Source: a virus (taxonomy: Duplodnaviria > Caudoviricetes). Taken from it: DNA of 64,000 nt. A program made the position numbers and the translations under genes. The stretch covers positions 3-64,002 of IMG/VR virus record IMGVR_UViG_3300010163_000024, one strand, 5' to 3'. The notes below the pieces were generated by a model. It was not told the origin of the DNA and searched no databases. It saw only the letters and a list, made by a program, of their open reading frames with translations. Position 1 is the stretch's first letter; each line of letters opens with the position of its first letter. Shown piece after piece: positions 19,421 to 28,658 of this stretch.

Positions 19421-20579
19421 ATAGTTGTCTTTGTTCAGGCTGCGTTTTAGTTATGAACAGCTCTCTGAAAATATGGTACAAGCACGACACTACAATGCTA
19501 TTGCCTGCAAGTTTATAAAGTTGCGAGTTACTTACGCCGGATTCTATCATTTTATCTATATTTTGTTCCGATACATCCATAAGGCGCAACGCTTCGCGTG
19601 GTGTTATTTTGCGTATGCGGTGCTCGGCATAAACAGACGGATGCCAACCTACGGTTATTGCGGTTGATATTCCGTTACTGTCATACACTCTGTCAGACAA
19701 CGACGGCTGTTTCCCATTCTCATCTTTTGAGTTAATACACATTGTAGTCGTTACAATCTTCGGCTCTCTTCCTCCGCCATTGCAAGTGTTAAGAGTAGGC
19801 GATATACCACCAGCCGAATATACACGGTATTGATTTTTGTTTGTAAATTTACAATCGGTATAATGTTTTAGTTCTCCGACCTGAACAACCTTATCCCCTC
19901 TATCAATACCTTCAATTTGTCTGCCGTATAGTTCAAAGAACTTGTCGGATTTTTGTTGTGGTATGTAATACTTATCATCTAGTACATCGTCAAGTATATC
20001 TTTCCACCTTTTTTCGAGCGGAACCGGTTCAGGAAAAACAAATTGCTCATCACCGAGAATTGACACCATAAACACTCGCTCTCTGTTTTGAGGGGTGCAA
20101 AAATCCTTTGCGTTGAGTATCTGATAATAGTTATTATACCCCAAACTTGATAAACAACTTATCCATTTTGAAAATTCGCCGATAAACTTTTTACTTACCA
20201 ATGCTTTCACATTTTCCATAAGAAGATATTTCGGACGTTTCGCTTCAATTGCCTTTCGGCACTCCCATAACAAACTCGACCGTGTGCCACTGTTTTCAGA
20301 CAATCCTCCTTGCTTTCCAGCGTTGCTTATGTCGGTGCAAGGAAATGAATAAGAAAACAGGTCAAAGTCGGGCACCGTATTCCAGTAGATTGCTGTTATA
20401 TCCCCGAAATTTCGGTCTGCATATTGAGGATATATTGCATTGTGAGCTTTGATAGCGTATTTGTTAATCTCCGACCACCCAACACACTCGTAATCTATAC
20501 CAAGTCTGTCAAGAGCCATCAACTGACTATCATAGCCGCTGAATGCCGTGAATACTTTTAACTTTTCCATAAAAAACAT
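19416..20579 (-). CDS. DNA (cytosine-5) methyltransferase
   Basis: FSGYDSQ (motif I variant), SFPCTDIS, MENVKAL, PQNRERVF, YKLAGNS. Confidence 0.93.
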   Translation of the reverse strand: MFFMEKLKVFTAFSGYDSQLMALDRLGIDYECVGWSEINKYAIKAHNAIYPQYADRNFGDITAIYWNTVPDFDLFSYSFPCTDISNAGKQGGLSENSGTRSSLLWECRKAIEAKRPKYLLMENVKALVSKKFIGEFSKWISCLSSLGYNNYYQILNAKDFCTPQNRERVFMVSILGDEQFVFPEPVPLEKRWKDILDDVLDDKYYIPQQKSDKFFELYGRQIEGIDRGDKVVQVGELKHYTDCKFTNKNQYRVYSAGGISPTLNTCNGGGREPKIVTTTMCINSKDENGKQPSLSDRVYDSNGISTAITVGWHPSVYAEHRIRKITPREALRLMDVSEQNIDKMIESGVSNSQLYKLAGNSIVVSCLYHIFRELFITKTQPEQRQLF

Positions 20580-20587
20580 GGCTTAAA
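20574..20587. repeat. 14-bp direct repeat, copy 2
   Basis: Contains the MTase start codon. Confidence 0.85.
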
Positions 20588-20882
20588 CTTTCAACCGATA
20601 GTGCGAGTATCGGCTTACTCATTTAAGCCATTTAATTTCTTCTCAACCTCTCGCACAAGTCGTTTTTCGCATGTAAAGATAGTGATTGTTTTCGTAAACT
20701 CAAAGATTTTACTTATCAAAAGCATCAAAAAGTGCGTCAAACTAAGTTGTGTCAAACCGTGCCTTAACACCGAATATATATCGGATAATAAACCACGCTA
20801 CGGCATATATAAAAACAACATCGCAGAACAACACTACGCTTAACCACTTAATAATTATCCGTACCATATTCTCGGTGTACTT

Positions 20883-21509
20883 TTAATGGTCTTCATGCGT
20901 TACAATAGTTTCGCTTCCTTTGCGCTTCGCGAGTTTGTCGAGGTTGTACTGCGCGACCTCCTCCAACGTCCATCCGAACTGACGACAAAGACCCGCAAGC
21001 ATCCATAGGCAATCGCCAGCCTCGGACTTCACTTGTTCCCAAAACTCATCCATAGTCCCGCTATCGCCAGTTATACGACTGATTCGGCTGTTATCAACCG
21101 ATACCCACTCTTTTCGTATTCCTTTCGATACCTTTCCGCATAACTCGCCGACCTCCTCGACCAACCCGAACAACATATAGCAATCGTTCGCACTCGACGG
21201 CAGGCAAGTCGTCATCGCTTGTGATTGGTAGTAATTAAGAGTCATATCACCATTACTACCACTGTTAGCGTCTGTAGATCTCGGCTCCGCGTTCTTCTGC
21301 GCGATAACTTTTTGCGCTATCTCGCACCGCTTTTGGGATTCCGTAAGGGCGGTACGCAAATTAGCAATCTCGCCATCCTTATATGAAAGGTATTTTTCTG
21401 CGAACATAGTAAACAAGTCGCAAAACATCTTTCTATTTTCTATTGAACTAAAAGATCCAAGTTCCAGTCCGTCTGAAAATTCTTCTGCCATTTCTTCAAT
21501 CGATTTCAT
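20883..21509 (-). CDS. MazG-like NTP pyrophosphohydrolase
   Basis: LNYYQ, GLVEEVGELCGKVSK, EAGDCLWML, NLDKLAKR. Confidence 0.85.
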   Translation of the reverse strand: MKSIEEMAEEFSDGLELGSFSSIENRKMFCDLFTMFAEKYLSYKDGEIANLRTALTESQKRCEIAQKVIAQKNAEPRSTDANSGSNGDMTLNYYQSQAMTTCLPSSANDCYMLFGLVEEVGELCGKVSKGIRKEWVSVDNSRISRITGDSGTMDEFWEQVKSEAGDCLWMLAGLCRQFGWTLEEVAQYNLDKLAKRKGSETIVTHEDH

Positions 21510-21521
21510 AGTTCGTGAATT

Positions 21522-21725
21522 TTACTCTTCTTCTATAACTTCAGTTGTTTTGTAAATCCAGCCGTCCCCGTCGCACTCCGGGCATTCAGCGCGCAAATCT
21601 TTCCAAATCAATTCAAGAGCAAACATTATACCACCGGTACATACGCACTCTTCGACATCGAAGACTCTCCCTTTACCTTTGCAACGTGGACAGATGACTC
21701 TTTCCTTGATAATCAATTTTCCCAT
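21522..21725 (-). CDS. DnaJ-type zinc-finger small protein
   Basis: CPRCKGKG, CPECDGDG. Confidence 0.65.
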   Translation of the reverse strand: MGKLIIKERVICPRCKGKGRVFDVEECVCTGGIMFALELIWKDLRAECPECDGDGWIYKTTEVIEEE

Positions 21726-21737
21726 TTATATGTTCTT

Positions 21738-22001
21738 CTATTTATTAGGTAAGTTACGGTACCCGTCAACAAAAAGGCATACGCTCAGAAAAGCACCAGC
21801 AAAAAAAACAAGAATCGTCCACGACACATCGGCATGGAAAGCCGAAATTAAGCCTTTAATGTTTAGGCAGGTACATACCAAACCTGTTATTGTTTTAACA
21901 TCCGCTTTCGTCATTGTTGTCCATATCAACGCACTAATAAATAAATTCTTGTCGCTTGCTCTCGTTTGAAACTCGAACAAAACACGGGGAATGAAATTCA
22001 T
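21738..22001 (-). CDS. Small membrane protein
   Basis: Hydrophobic segments; ATGA overlap at 21998. Confidence 0.45.
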   Translation of the reverse strand: MNFIPRVLFEFQTRASDKNLFISALIWTTMTKADVKTITGLVCTCLNIKGLISAFHADVSWTILVFFAGAFLSVCLFVDGYRNLPNK

Positions 22002-22483
22002 TTCATATCTTCTTTCCGACGCAATGCCCAATAGCGCATTGCCCCTAATCTTGCAAGTTTTAACTGTTCTTCGATGAATAGCTTTCGACCTCCTTTGCGT
22101 TTTGGATAACCACCGTATTTTTTGAATTTCCCGTTTTCATCATAAGCAAGGACAGCCGGTTCGTCATCGGTGTTTTCTCGAAGATATTCAAGAACCTTTT
22201 CGATAATCGCAATCGGGACGACATAGTAGAAATTGTAGATTTGCGGCGCATTATGCGCACACGTATCTTTCTTGAAGTCAGCAACAAAATCGCGATATGA
22301 ACGTTTTATCTCAAACTCGGTTACATATCCTGATCTACTTGTTACAAGTAGATCAGCTTCAAATGGCAATCCCCAAAATAATCCCGTTGTTACATTGGGA
22401 ACGGCTATATTGTTGCGTTCTCCTCCGCACCAATCCAACAATGCAAGTTCTATTTCTTTTACTGAAAGATTTGTATCAGCCAT
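21998..22483 (-). CDS. PD-(D/E)XK nuclease-like protein (MmcB-like)
   Basis: EADLLV...EFEIKRSYRDFVAD. Confidence 0.7.
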   Translation of the reverse strand: MADTNLSVKEIELALLDWCGGERNNIAVPNVTTGLFWGLPFEADLLVTSRSGYVTEFEIKRSYRDFVADFKKDTCAHNAPQIYNFYYVVPIAIIEKVLEYLRENTDDEPAVLAYDENGKFKKYGGYPKRKGGRKLFIEEQLKLARLGAMRYWALRRKEDMK

Positions 22484-22678
22484 TATTACATTCCTTCGTT
22501 AATTCGGTGTGGATTTGAAACTCATACTCTTTGTTCGCATCGTACAACACCACGTGCATATACCTAATAATACATTCATTACATAGTTTTCGCGCCCGCA
22601 TTTCGGGCAGCGTTCAAGGGAATCTTCCCCGTGTCTTCATCTCGCCACAAACCTCGCGGAAGTTTCTCGCTTTCCATC

Positions 22679-22963
22679 TTAATCCAACTTTGCCAAATTG
22701 ATAGTTTCTACTTTCGTATATTTCAACTCTCCGTCATACCCCATAGCTTTCAACTTCAGCATCATCTCTCGAGGCGTGGGCGATACCATGATGTTCAACC
22801 CGCGACTTTGAAGTTCGGCGACTAATTCTTCTTTGCTGAATTTTGCAAGCGGCGACTTGCCACGCAACTTTGCGCCTTTGCTCCGTGAAATGTGTTCGCA
22901 CTCCTTGCAGATGTGTTTCATACCATATCTTCCGTGCGTTCCAAAGTTATCAATTGAGAGCAT
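22679..22963 (-). CDS. Hypothetical protein with zinc-binding motif
   Basis: F..H..GMKHICKEC. Confidence 0.5.
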   Translation of the reverse strand: MLSIDNFGTHGRYGMKHICKECEHISRSKGAKLRGKSPLAKFSKEELVAELQSRGLNIMVSPTPREMMLKLKAMGYDGELKYTKVETINLAKLD

Positions 22964-23058
22964 TCTACCGCAGCGTTTGCATTTCTTTTTCGTATCCCCC
23001 CCTCATTGCGGTTACAGTTTTTGTTTCCATACCTTTATTTTTTACTTAAACCATTACC

Positions 23059-23280
23059 TTACATAGCGCATTTACGAAATACGCCCTTCTTGATTCTTGA
23101 TAGAATCTTCCCAATTCGAGAAGTGTCGTCAAGAGTTGGTCCGTCCTCGAATACGATACTTGCCCCGGCGTTATACAGCCGTTCGGTCAATCGGTTATCA
23201 TTGCTATCGGCATACCTCGTCCCGTTGAACACCGCTACCCAAAGATAGCCGCTCCATTGAATTGTTGCAGTTGTTTCCAT
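23059..23280 (-). CDS. Hypothetical phage protein
   Basis: Packed ORF. Confidence 0.45.
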   Translation of the reverse strand: METTATIQWSGYLWVAVFNGTRYADSNDNRLTERLYNAGASIVFEDGPTLDDTSRIGKILSRIKKGVFRKCAM

Positions 23281-23282
23281 AT

Positions 23283-24374
23283 TTACTTCTCTTTAACCTC
23301 TACAAATTCACCGTCCACCAACTTGTACCACGTGTCCGCCTTTATCTTCTTGCCGTCAACGACAGCGGCTTTCCATTCTCTAATGTCATAATCTAAATCA
23401 TTTTCTTCTGCAATAACCAGTACAGCACCAATGCCACCTCTAACCATAACATTGTTTCCACGTGCAACTGAAAGGCCATTGTCTCCTGTTGAAGATTTAC
23501 CGCGAGCGGTGGCGGCACCCGAATCTCCGGCGGTGGCGGCACCATAGTTTCCGGCGGTGGCGGCACCCTTATAGCCGGCGGTGGCGGCACCCGAATCTCC
23601 GGCGGTGGCGGCACCCTTATAGCCGGCGGTGGCGGGTTTACCTGCTTCCGCATTATTTTCGTTAGTGCATCGGCTTCTCACAAACTCGAAGTGCGCTTTA
23701 CAGATGCCAGCGATATCTAACCTCGCGCCGATTTTAATCTTATTCGTTACACTTTTGCTGCCATCCGAATATGTATCACCAATCGCTTCTACCTCGTGCA
23801 TGACCGTTTCTTTTCCGTCATTTATCGGCCCGTAATAACCACGTGTTTCAAGCGGACTTTCGCAGAAGTGAAACCCTTGTTCGCATAGTTCCGGTTTACC
23901 GTTCATCTCAAATGTTTCACCCTCTTTATATTGGAATCCGCGACACGTCATGTCATTATTAAACACCTTATAGCCTTTTGTGATGCAGAACTCTTTAGGC
24001 AATATGACGTTTTGAGGGGCTAACATTGTTTTGAACATATCGCCCATTTCTATTATAGAAAATCCGGCTATTCCGCAACCTATTTTCGTTACATAAAATG
24101 TCTTGTCGGGATTGTTTTTCGCGAACTCGTACAATTCCATTACCGACGAGGCGATTTTGTTTATATCGACTTTTTCCATATTCTCGTCGAGCGTCGGAAT
24201 AGCATACGATTGACCTTGCAAACCCTCTGCTTGACCCATGACCGCGCCGAACTTTTCGACTGCGAGACGAGCAGCACCGCCAGCATGATTACCGGATTTG
24301 TTTGACCCGAAAACGAACACTTCGTTTTCTTTCAGTTCCGAGACATTCTCGGGTGTGAACTTTCTGTTTTCCAT
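23283..24374 (-). CDS. Fusion: macro-like (A1S_2505-type) domain + DUF7666-like domain + 8-aa repeats
   Basis: EVFVFGSN..G.H.GGAA..A...FGA..GQAEGLQGQSYAIPT, YVTKIGCGIAG; then GYKVF...CRGFQY...CEQGFHFCE; AGxxGAAT repeats. Confidence 0.7.
   Translation of the reverse strand: MENRKFTPENVSELKENEVFVFGSNKSGNHAGGAARLAVEKFGAVMGQAEGLQGQSYAIPTLDENMEKVDINKIASSVMELYEFAKNNPDKTFYVTKIGCGIAGFSIIEMGDMFKTMLAPQNVILPKEFCITKGYKVFNNDMTCRGFQYKEGETFEMNGKPELCEQGFHFCESPLETRGYYGPINDGKETVMHEVEAIGDTYSDGSKSVTNKIKIGARLDIAGICKAHFEFVRSRCTNENNAEAGKPATAGYKGAATAGDSGAATAGYKGAATAGNYGAATAGDSGAATARGKSSTGDNGLSVARGNNVMVRGGIGAVLVIAEENDLDYDIREWKAAVVDGKKIKADTWYKLVDGEFVEVKEK
23506..23635. repeat. Coding tandem repeat, 24-bp unit, about 5.5 copies
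   Basis: GCGGTGGCGGCACC core at 23506, 23530, 23554, 23578, 23602 and partially at 23626. Confidence 0.9.
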
Positions 24375-24387
24375 ACCTTTTATTGTG

Positions 24388-24990
24388 TTATTGATTTATG
24401 AACTCCTCGAAATACGGCAACCCCTTTATGAACCCGCAAAATCCATCCACCCAATCTTCTTTTAGTCGATGGAACTGCCGTTGGTGGTATATGTTTCTCA
24501 ACTGCATATAGTTGGTGCTCACACGCATGAATAACTCGATGCCTTGCGGGCAGTTGGATAGCACCTGCATAAATGCCTCGTATTTGGCTGTTTTGTCGCC
24601 CGTTTCGCAGACCTTGTTGTACTCTGCGACCAACTCCCGCATATTGTCGATAGACGCTTGATTAACGTACTTATTGTAGCACTCGGGTTTGTCCGCCATT
24701 ACCAACAACTTGTGCATCTTGCTCGCCGATGTTACGATGTCAATAAACCCATACCGCTGCAATTCCGGCGAAAAGTAATTCGGATACTTGATGTCGAAAC
24801 TTACGCGAACCCCCTTTAGAAAATTACATTCTCCTGAATTAGCCCGTGTTTTAGCCAATTTAACGGCACGTTCCAGCGAGGCGGTAAATTCCTCATCCGT
24901 GTAGTCGGGAGGGCTTACACGCATCGCATTTCGGCAAGCAATGACCGATTCGCGGAGGTCGTAGACCCTTACATTTGTTATCTCTACCAT
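24388..24990 (-). CDS. Conserved gut-phage protein, possibly ThyX-like fold
   Basis: SGECNFLKGVRVSFD...ELQRY..IDIVTSASKMH, TNYMQLRNIYHQR. Confidence 0.45.
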   Translation of the reverse strand: MVEITNVRVYDLRESVIACRNAMRVSPPDYTDEEFTASLERAVKLAKTRANSGECNFLKGVRVSFDIKYPNYFSPELQRYGFIDIVTSASKMHKLLVMADKPECYNKYVNQASIDNMRELVAEYNKVCETGDKTAKYEAFMQVLSNCPQGIELFMRVSTNYMQLRNIYHQRQFHRLKEDWVDGFCGFIKGLPYFEEFINQ

Positions 24991-25170
24991 ACCTTTACTT
25001 TGATTCCATTAGTTTAATTCTCCACTCTGCCGCCGTTAGCATTCCATATCGCCTGTTCGCTTCGCGGACTGACAACCCCTCGGTCTTGCGTACCCACCGC
25101 AACAACTCTCAGTGCAGTACGGCGGAGGGTAGGCGTCGGGCGGTAAAGCCGATAGTAAAGCGGCTTTTTT

Positions 25171-25506
25171 TCAGAAATCCGTTTTATTTAACAGATTGCA
25201 ATATTCCTCCTCCTTTTCGGGGGGCAGAGGATTAATTTGCTTTTCGTGATGCAACCACGCGAAGCGCTCTTCCTCGCATGTCTCGTAATGGAATTTCGGG
25301 CGGAGTTGAGGCGCCGAATACTTTTCGTTAAAAAGATTAACGAAATATTCTTTGAATTCCTCGATGCCCTGATGACCGAGAATGTGTTTGCCGCGGCCGA
25401 CTTCCCCGGCGGTCATGATTCTGCATATAGTTTTTCCATCGTTGAGGTGGAAAAAGACTCGGCCGCTCTCGAAAGTGTTAATAAGTCTGATTTCCGTCGT
25501 TTTCAT
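25171..25506 (-). CDS. Hypothetical phage protein
   Basis: ORF with an upstream TATATTTG promoter (25572-25579) and 5' hairpin. Confidence 0.55.
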   Translation of the reverse strand: MKTTEIRLINTFESGRVFFHLNDGKTICRIMTAGEVGRGKHILGHQGIEEFKEYFVNLFNEKYSAPQLRPKFHYETCEEERFAWLHHEKQINPLPPEKEEEYCNLLNKTDF

Positions 25507-25737
25507 TTTTCTATTGTTTTTTTAAGTTTAGTGAACCGCGGGGTTCACTATTTCAAGTCGTTTTTGATATGCAAATATATCTATTATTTTGCGTATTCCA
25601 AAATAATCTTTACAAATAATGATTACTTTTTGAAAAGTTCATCAAATGCGCTACACAGCATTCCGATGGCAACAATGATTGCTAACATAAATCGTGGTTT
25701 TATTTAATTCAACAAAATCCCGGGTGCCTGGCGACAA

Positions 25738-25899
25738 CTACAATTTGTTCACCTTTTCAAGCAGCTCCCGCATAAATTCTATTTCCGCGTCGATGGCCTC
25801 GTTACCCGCGTCCGTGCTCATCTTGTGCCGGATATCGGCCAACTCCGTAATTCGGTTGATTATCAACTTGCACAATGCGATAATTTCTTTTTCGTTCAT
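25738..25899 (-). CDS. Small hypothetical protein (53 aa)
   Basis: Manual translation MNEKEIIALCK... Confidence 0.45.
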   Translation of the reverse strand: MNEKEIIALCKLIINRITELADIRHKMSTDAGNEAIDAEIEFMRELLEKVNKL

Positions 25900-25901
25900 T
25901 T

Positions 25902-26654
25902 TTAAAACGTCTCAACCTTTATTTCCTCCAATATCTCCTTTTTCCACTTCGATATATAATTATACGTCATTGGAGCACCGCTACGGCGGCAATACACATC
26001 CGGCTGGTGCTTTGCAAGTTCTTGAAACTCCTCGTAAATCTCCCCCGTGCTTTTCCCTTTAACAATCTGCGACTTCACCCATTGATAGGCCGGCGAATTT
26101 TCTTTCCAGTCTTGTTTTTTCTGCATCCTACGCTCGCTCGCAGCCGCCACAGCCTTACCCATATCGCATCCTTTGTTGTTCCCTAAATGCGTCCGCACGT
26201 TTCCGGTTCGGCTGATCCAATAGCCATTCTTCTCGCTTTGCTTCCGTCGTTCGGCAAGTGCTCGCTTTGTGTTAAGACGTCCCATAAATGCCTGCCGCTC
26301 CCAGATAGCAAACATCATCGTCAACACTGTTCTGTCTGTTACAGGTAAGTCGCAGAATGACAAGTTACCCTTGCCCATTTGGTCGAGAATATCCAAGGCC
26401 TCCTTTACGTTACGGAAACGGTCGGTTTTAGCAATAACAAGCAAGTAGTTATTCTCTTTGCAGAACTTGATGGCCTTTGCCAAGTCGGGACATTCGCCTA
26501 ACTTAGTGCCGCTGTATACGTCCGTAAACACTTTCACCGGCTCGCTACGCATATAGTACTCGGCTATTGTTAGTTGAGCGTCCAAACCAAGCCCCGAGCA
26601 GCCCTGTTGCTTTGTCGAAACTCGCCTCCAAAGAACATACGGGCGGGATTCCAT
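25902..26654 (-). CDS. Serine recombinase (resolvase/invertase family)
   Basis: RRVSTKQQ with catalytic Ser, SG, DLAKAI, KTDRFR; C-terminal HTH-like region; probable start 26654. Confidence 0.88.
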   Translation of the reverse strand: MESRPYVLWRRVSTKQQGCSGLGLDAQLTIAEYYMRSEPVKVFTDVYSGTKLGECPDLAKAIKFCKENNYLLVIAKTDRFRNVKEALDILDQMGKGNLSFCDLPVTDRTVLTMMFAIWERQAFMGRLNTKRALAERRKQSEKNGYWISRTGNVRTHLGNNKGCDMGKAVAAASERRMQKKQDWKENSPAYQWVKSQIVKGKSTGEIYEEFQELAKHQPDVYCRRSGAPMTYNYISKWKKEILEEIKVETF

Positions 26655-26674
26655 GATATAGTTTTCTCCCATGA

Positions 26675-26914
26675 TTATGCCGAATACCTTTGTACGTGCC
26701 CGCCCATGTTTTCGAGCGAATAATCTGTTTCCGAAATAATATCTTCGTCGTAATTTACCCAAGCGTCAGGGTCGAAACGTTCACCAGCTATTTCTGCATT
26801 CGACACCGATTTATGCCTCGAAATAAGTATATACGGGGCCGGTAGCAGCTTATCGGTAATAATAAGTTCGTAATACCCTGCAAATAGGTATATCCATTTT
26901 TGTGCCGTTCTCAT
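26675..26914 (-). CDS. Hypothetical phage protein
   Basis: Packed ORF. Confidence 0.4.
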   Translation of the reverse strand: MRTAQKWIYLFAGYYELIITDKLLPAPYILISRHKSVSNAEIAGERFDPDAWVNYDEDIISETDYSLENMGGHVQRYSA

Positions 26915-26941
26915 ATTTCAAGTTGTTTTTATTTGTTATAC

Positions 26942-27283
26942 TTATTTGCTTTGGCCGCTGCCTTCGCGTCTATTTCGTTTGTCTAAATCTGTGCGATAAT
27001 CGCCTGCATATTCGTGCCATATTCGATAATCTTTTCTGTATGATGTTGCTTGCCGTTTTTGGGCGCGGCGCGTCGATTCATAGCCACTGCCCTCTAAAAT
27101 TCTCGTTGTCTCTCTTTGTAGAACGGCGGCAATTAACGGATACACTGCCGTATAATTATCCGGTAGTTTTTCAAGCTCAACCGCATTGTTGCCTAATGCA
27201 CGGGTAAGCGCTTCTTGCATGGCTTTGAAGATGTCTTCCGCCACGTCATTATATTTTTCTGTAAATGCTTCCTTTGTTATCAT
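26942..27283 (-). CDS. Hypothetical phage protein
   Basis: Early-region ORF. Confidence 0.6.
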   Translation of the reverse strand: MITKEAFTEKYNDVAEDIFKAMQEALTRALGNNAVELEKLPDNYTAVYPLIAAVLQRETTRILEGSGYESTRRAQKRQATSYRKDYRIWHEYAGDYRTDLDKRNRREGSGQSK

Positions 27284-27310
27284 TGCTTTGTTATTTCTTA
27301 TTCGTTTTCC

Positions 27311-27517
27311 CTATTTTCTCGCCTCTCTCAGCTCCTTTTGCTGATACCGGATAAGCACACCGGCTGAAGCGTAAAAGTTGCTCAAAACAAACAAAACCGC
27401 GCCCGTGCTGCTATTGTCCACGTCGAGGGCCAAGATAGCCACAAAAGCGATAAAAAACCACAATTCGACGGATTTTTTAATTGCGTTTTTCATTGTCTTA
27501 TTATTTAGTATATTCAT
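27311..27517 (-). CDS. Small membrane protein
   Basis: Hydrophobic segments. Confidence 0.45.
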   Translation of the reverse strand: MNILNNKTMKNAIKKSVELWFFIAFVAILALDVDNSSTGAVLFVLSNFYASAGVLIRYQQKELREARK

Positions 27518-27719
27518 ACCGTGTTGTGTTCAGCTCCCAATCGTGGGTAATTGTCAGCGCGTGGCGGTCTCTGTCAAATACGGCCACTGTGTAGCCTATT
27601 TGTCCGTAACTGCCAAACAGCGGGCACGTGCGTAACATAATCCCGTACCATGTTTTGCCGTTCAGATACTTTTCCCACGCGAATTTGCCGCGCTCTATTG
27701 CTTTTATTAGTTGGTTCAT
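27501..27719 (-). CDS. Hypothetical phage protein
   Basis: Early-region ORF. Confidence 0.55.
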   Translation of the reverse strand: MNQLIKAIERGKFAWEKYLNGKTWYGIMLRTCPLFGSYGQIGYTVAVFDRDRHALTITHDWELNTTRYEYTK

Positions 27720-27737
27720 GATCTTTTGTGTTTGCTT

Positions 27738-28088
27738 TTATTGTATGTTTATTTCGCCGTCGATAATTTCAACCCAATACGGCACGCCTCCAAAGATCAT
27801 CGGCTGCGCTTTCCGTATTCTTTTATACGGATCGATCGCAAATAATTTAGTACATTCGGCATCCTTATAATATGCCGTGCCGCGTTCGATCCCCTTGCGC
27901 ATTTTTTTTGCGTAGAGCGTCCCGAAATATTTCGGTAGCGCGTACCCTTGTTCCTCTTGTTCCTCTCGTTTAGTGCAACGATACGATTCCATCCCGACAA
28001 ACTCACATCCGTTCGTTGTATCGCGGAATATAGCAAAGTTTTCCGTATGCTTTGGCTGCTCCTGCGCCGCCTTGTTGCTCGTTTCCAT
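27738..28088 (-). CDS. Hypothetical phage protein
   Basis: Early-region ORF. Confidence 0.55.
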   Translation of the reverse strand: METSNKAAQEQPKHTENFAIFRDTTNGCEFVGMESYRCTKREEQEEQGYALPKYFGTLYAKKMRKGIERGTAYYKDAECTKLFAIDPYKRIRKAQPMIFGGVPYWVEIIDGEINIQ

Positions 28089-28198
28089 TTTCCAAGTGTT
28101 TTAAGTTATTAAATTTATTTAATTATCTTTCCGTTTTTGTTATCCTTGCGGGCGCGGGGGCGTCGCTCCCCCTATTCCACGCGGTACGCCCTTTGCGG

Positions 28199-28570
28199 CT
28201 ACTCTTCGGCTTCGGCTTCGGCCTCTTCGACCTGATCCAACGCAGCCGCGATCGCTTGCGGTAACAAATAGCACCGAATTGTAACGTCGCAGGCTTCGAT
28301 CCCTTGTTCCAGAACATCCACCGATCCGCCGAACTCTTTAATCGCATCGGCCAACAAGTAAAGATTTTGACAAACATATTCAGCCGCCTTCTGAAAATCG
28401 AAAGTGTATGACCCCGAACCGTTGCCGGTTACGCTATCAGCCGTCCACAATTCATCCCGCAAACGCTCTTCGATCTCCTCGCGGTTTTCCGCCGTTACTT
28501 TGATCCCGTTTTCTTTGATCCACTCGATAACGTCCGCCGTTACCGCATCCATGTAGTTGTAAGCTTCCAT
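28199..28570 (-). CDS. Conserved acidic gut-phage early protein
   Basis: DSVTGNGSGSYTF...DVTIRCYLL motif; strongly acidic. Confidence 0.7.
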   Translation of the reverse strand: MEAYNYMDAVTADVIEWIKENGIKVTAENREEIEERLRDELWTADSVTGNGSGSYTFDFQKAAEYVCQNLYLLADAIKEFGGSVDVLEQGIEACDVTIRCYLLPQAIAAALDQVEEAEAEAEE

Positions 28571-28658
28571 ATTCTTTTTATATTAGTTGTTATTACTTGT
28601 TTGTGCCCCGGCTCGCACTTGCGGCATACTCTGAAAAGTGCCGGGGCTGTGCTGTGAT

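Noticed and set aside
20600-20870. Possible frameshifted membrane-protein gene upstream of the MTase
   Set aside because: Two short overlapping ORFs explain it equally well, and there is no recognisable motif to decide.
23506-23635. Repeat-spacer-like pattern (14-bp core, 10-bp variable) resembling a mini-CRISPR array
   Set aside because: The 24-bp period is in frame inside a CDS, spacers recur, and it encodes AGxxGAAT repeats; no cas genes are present.
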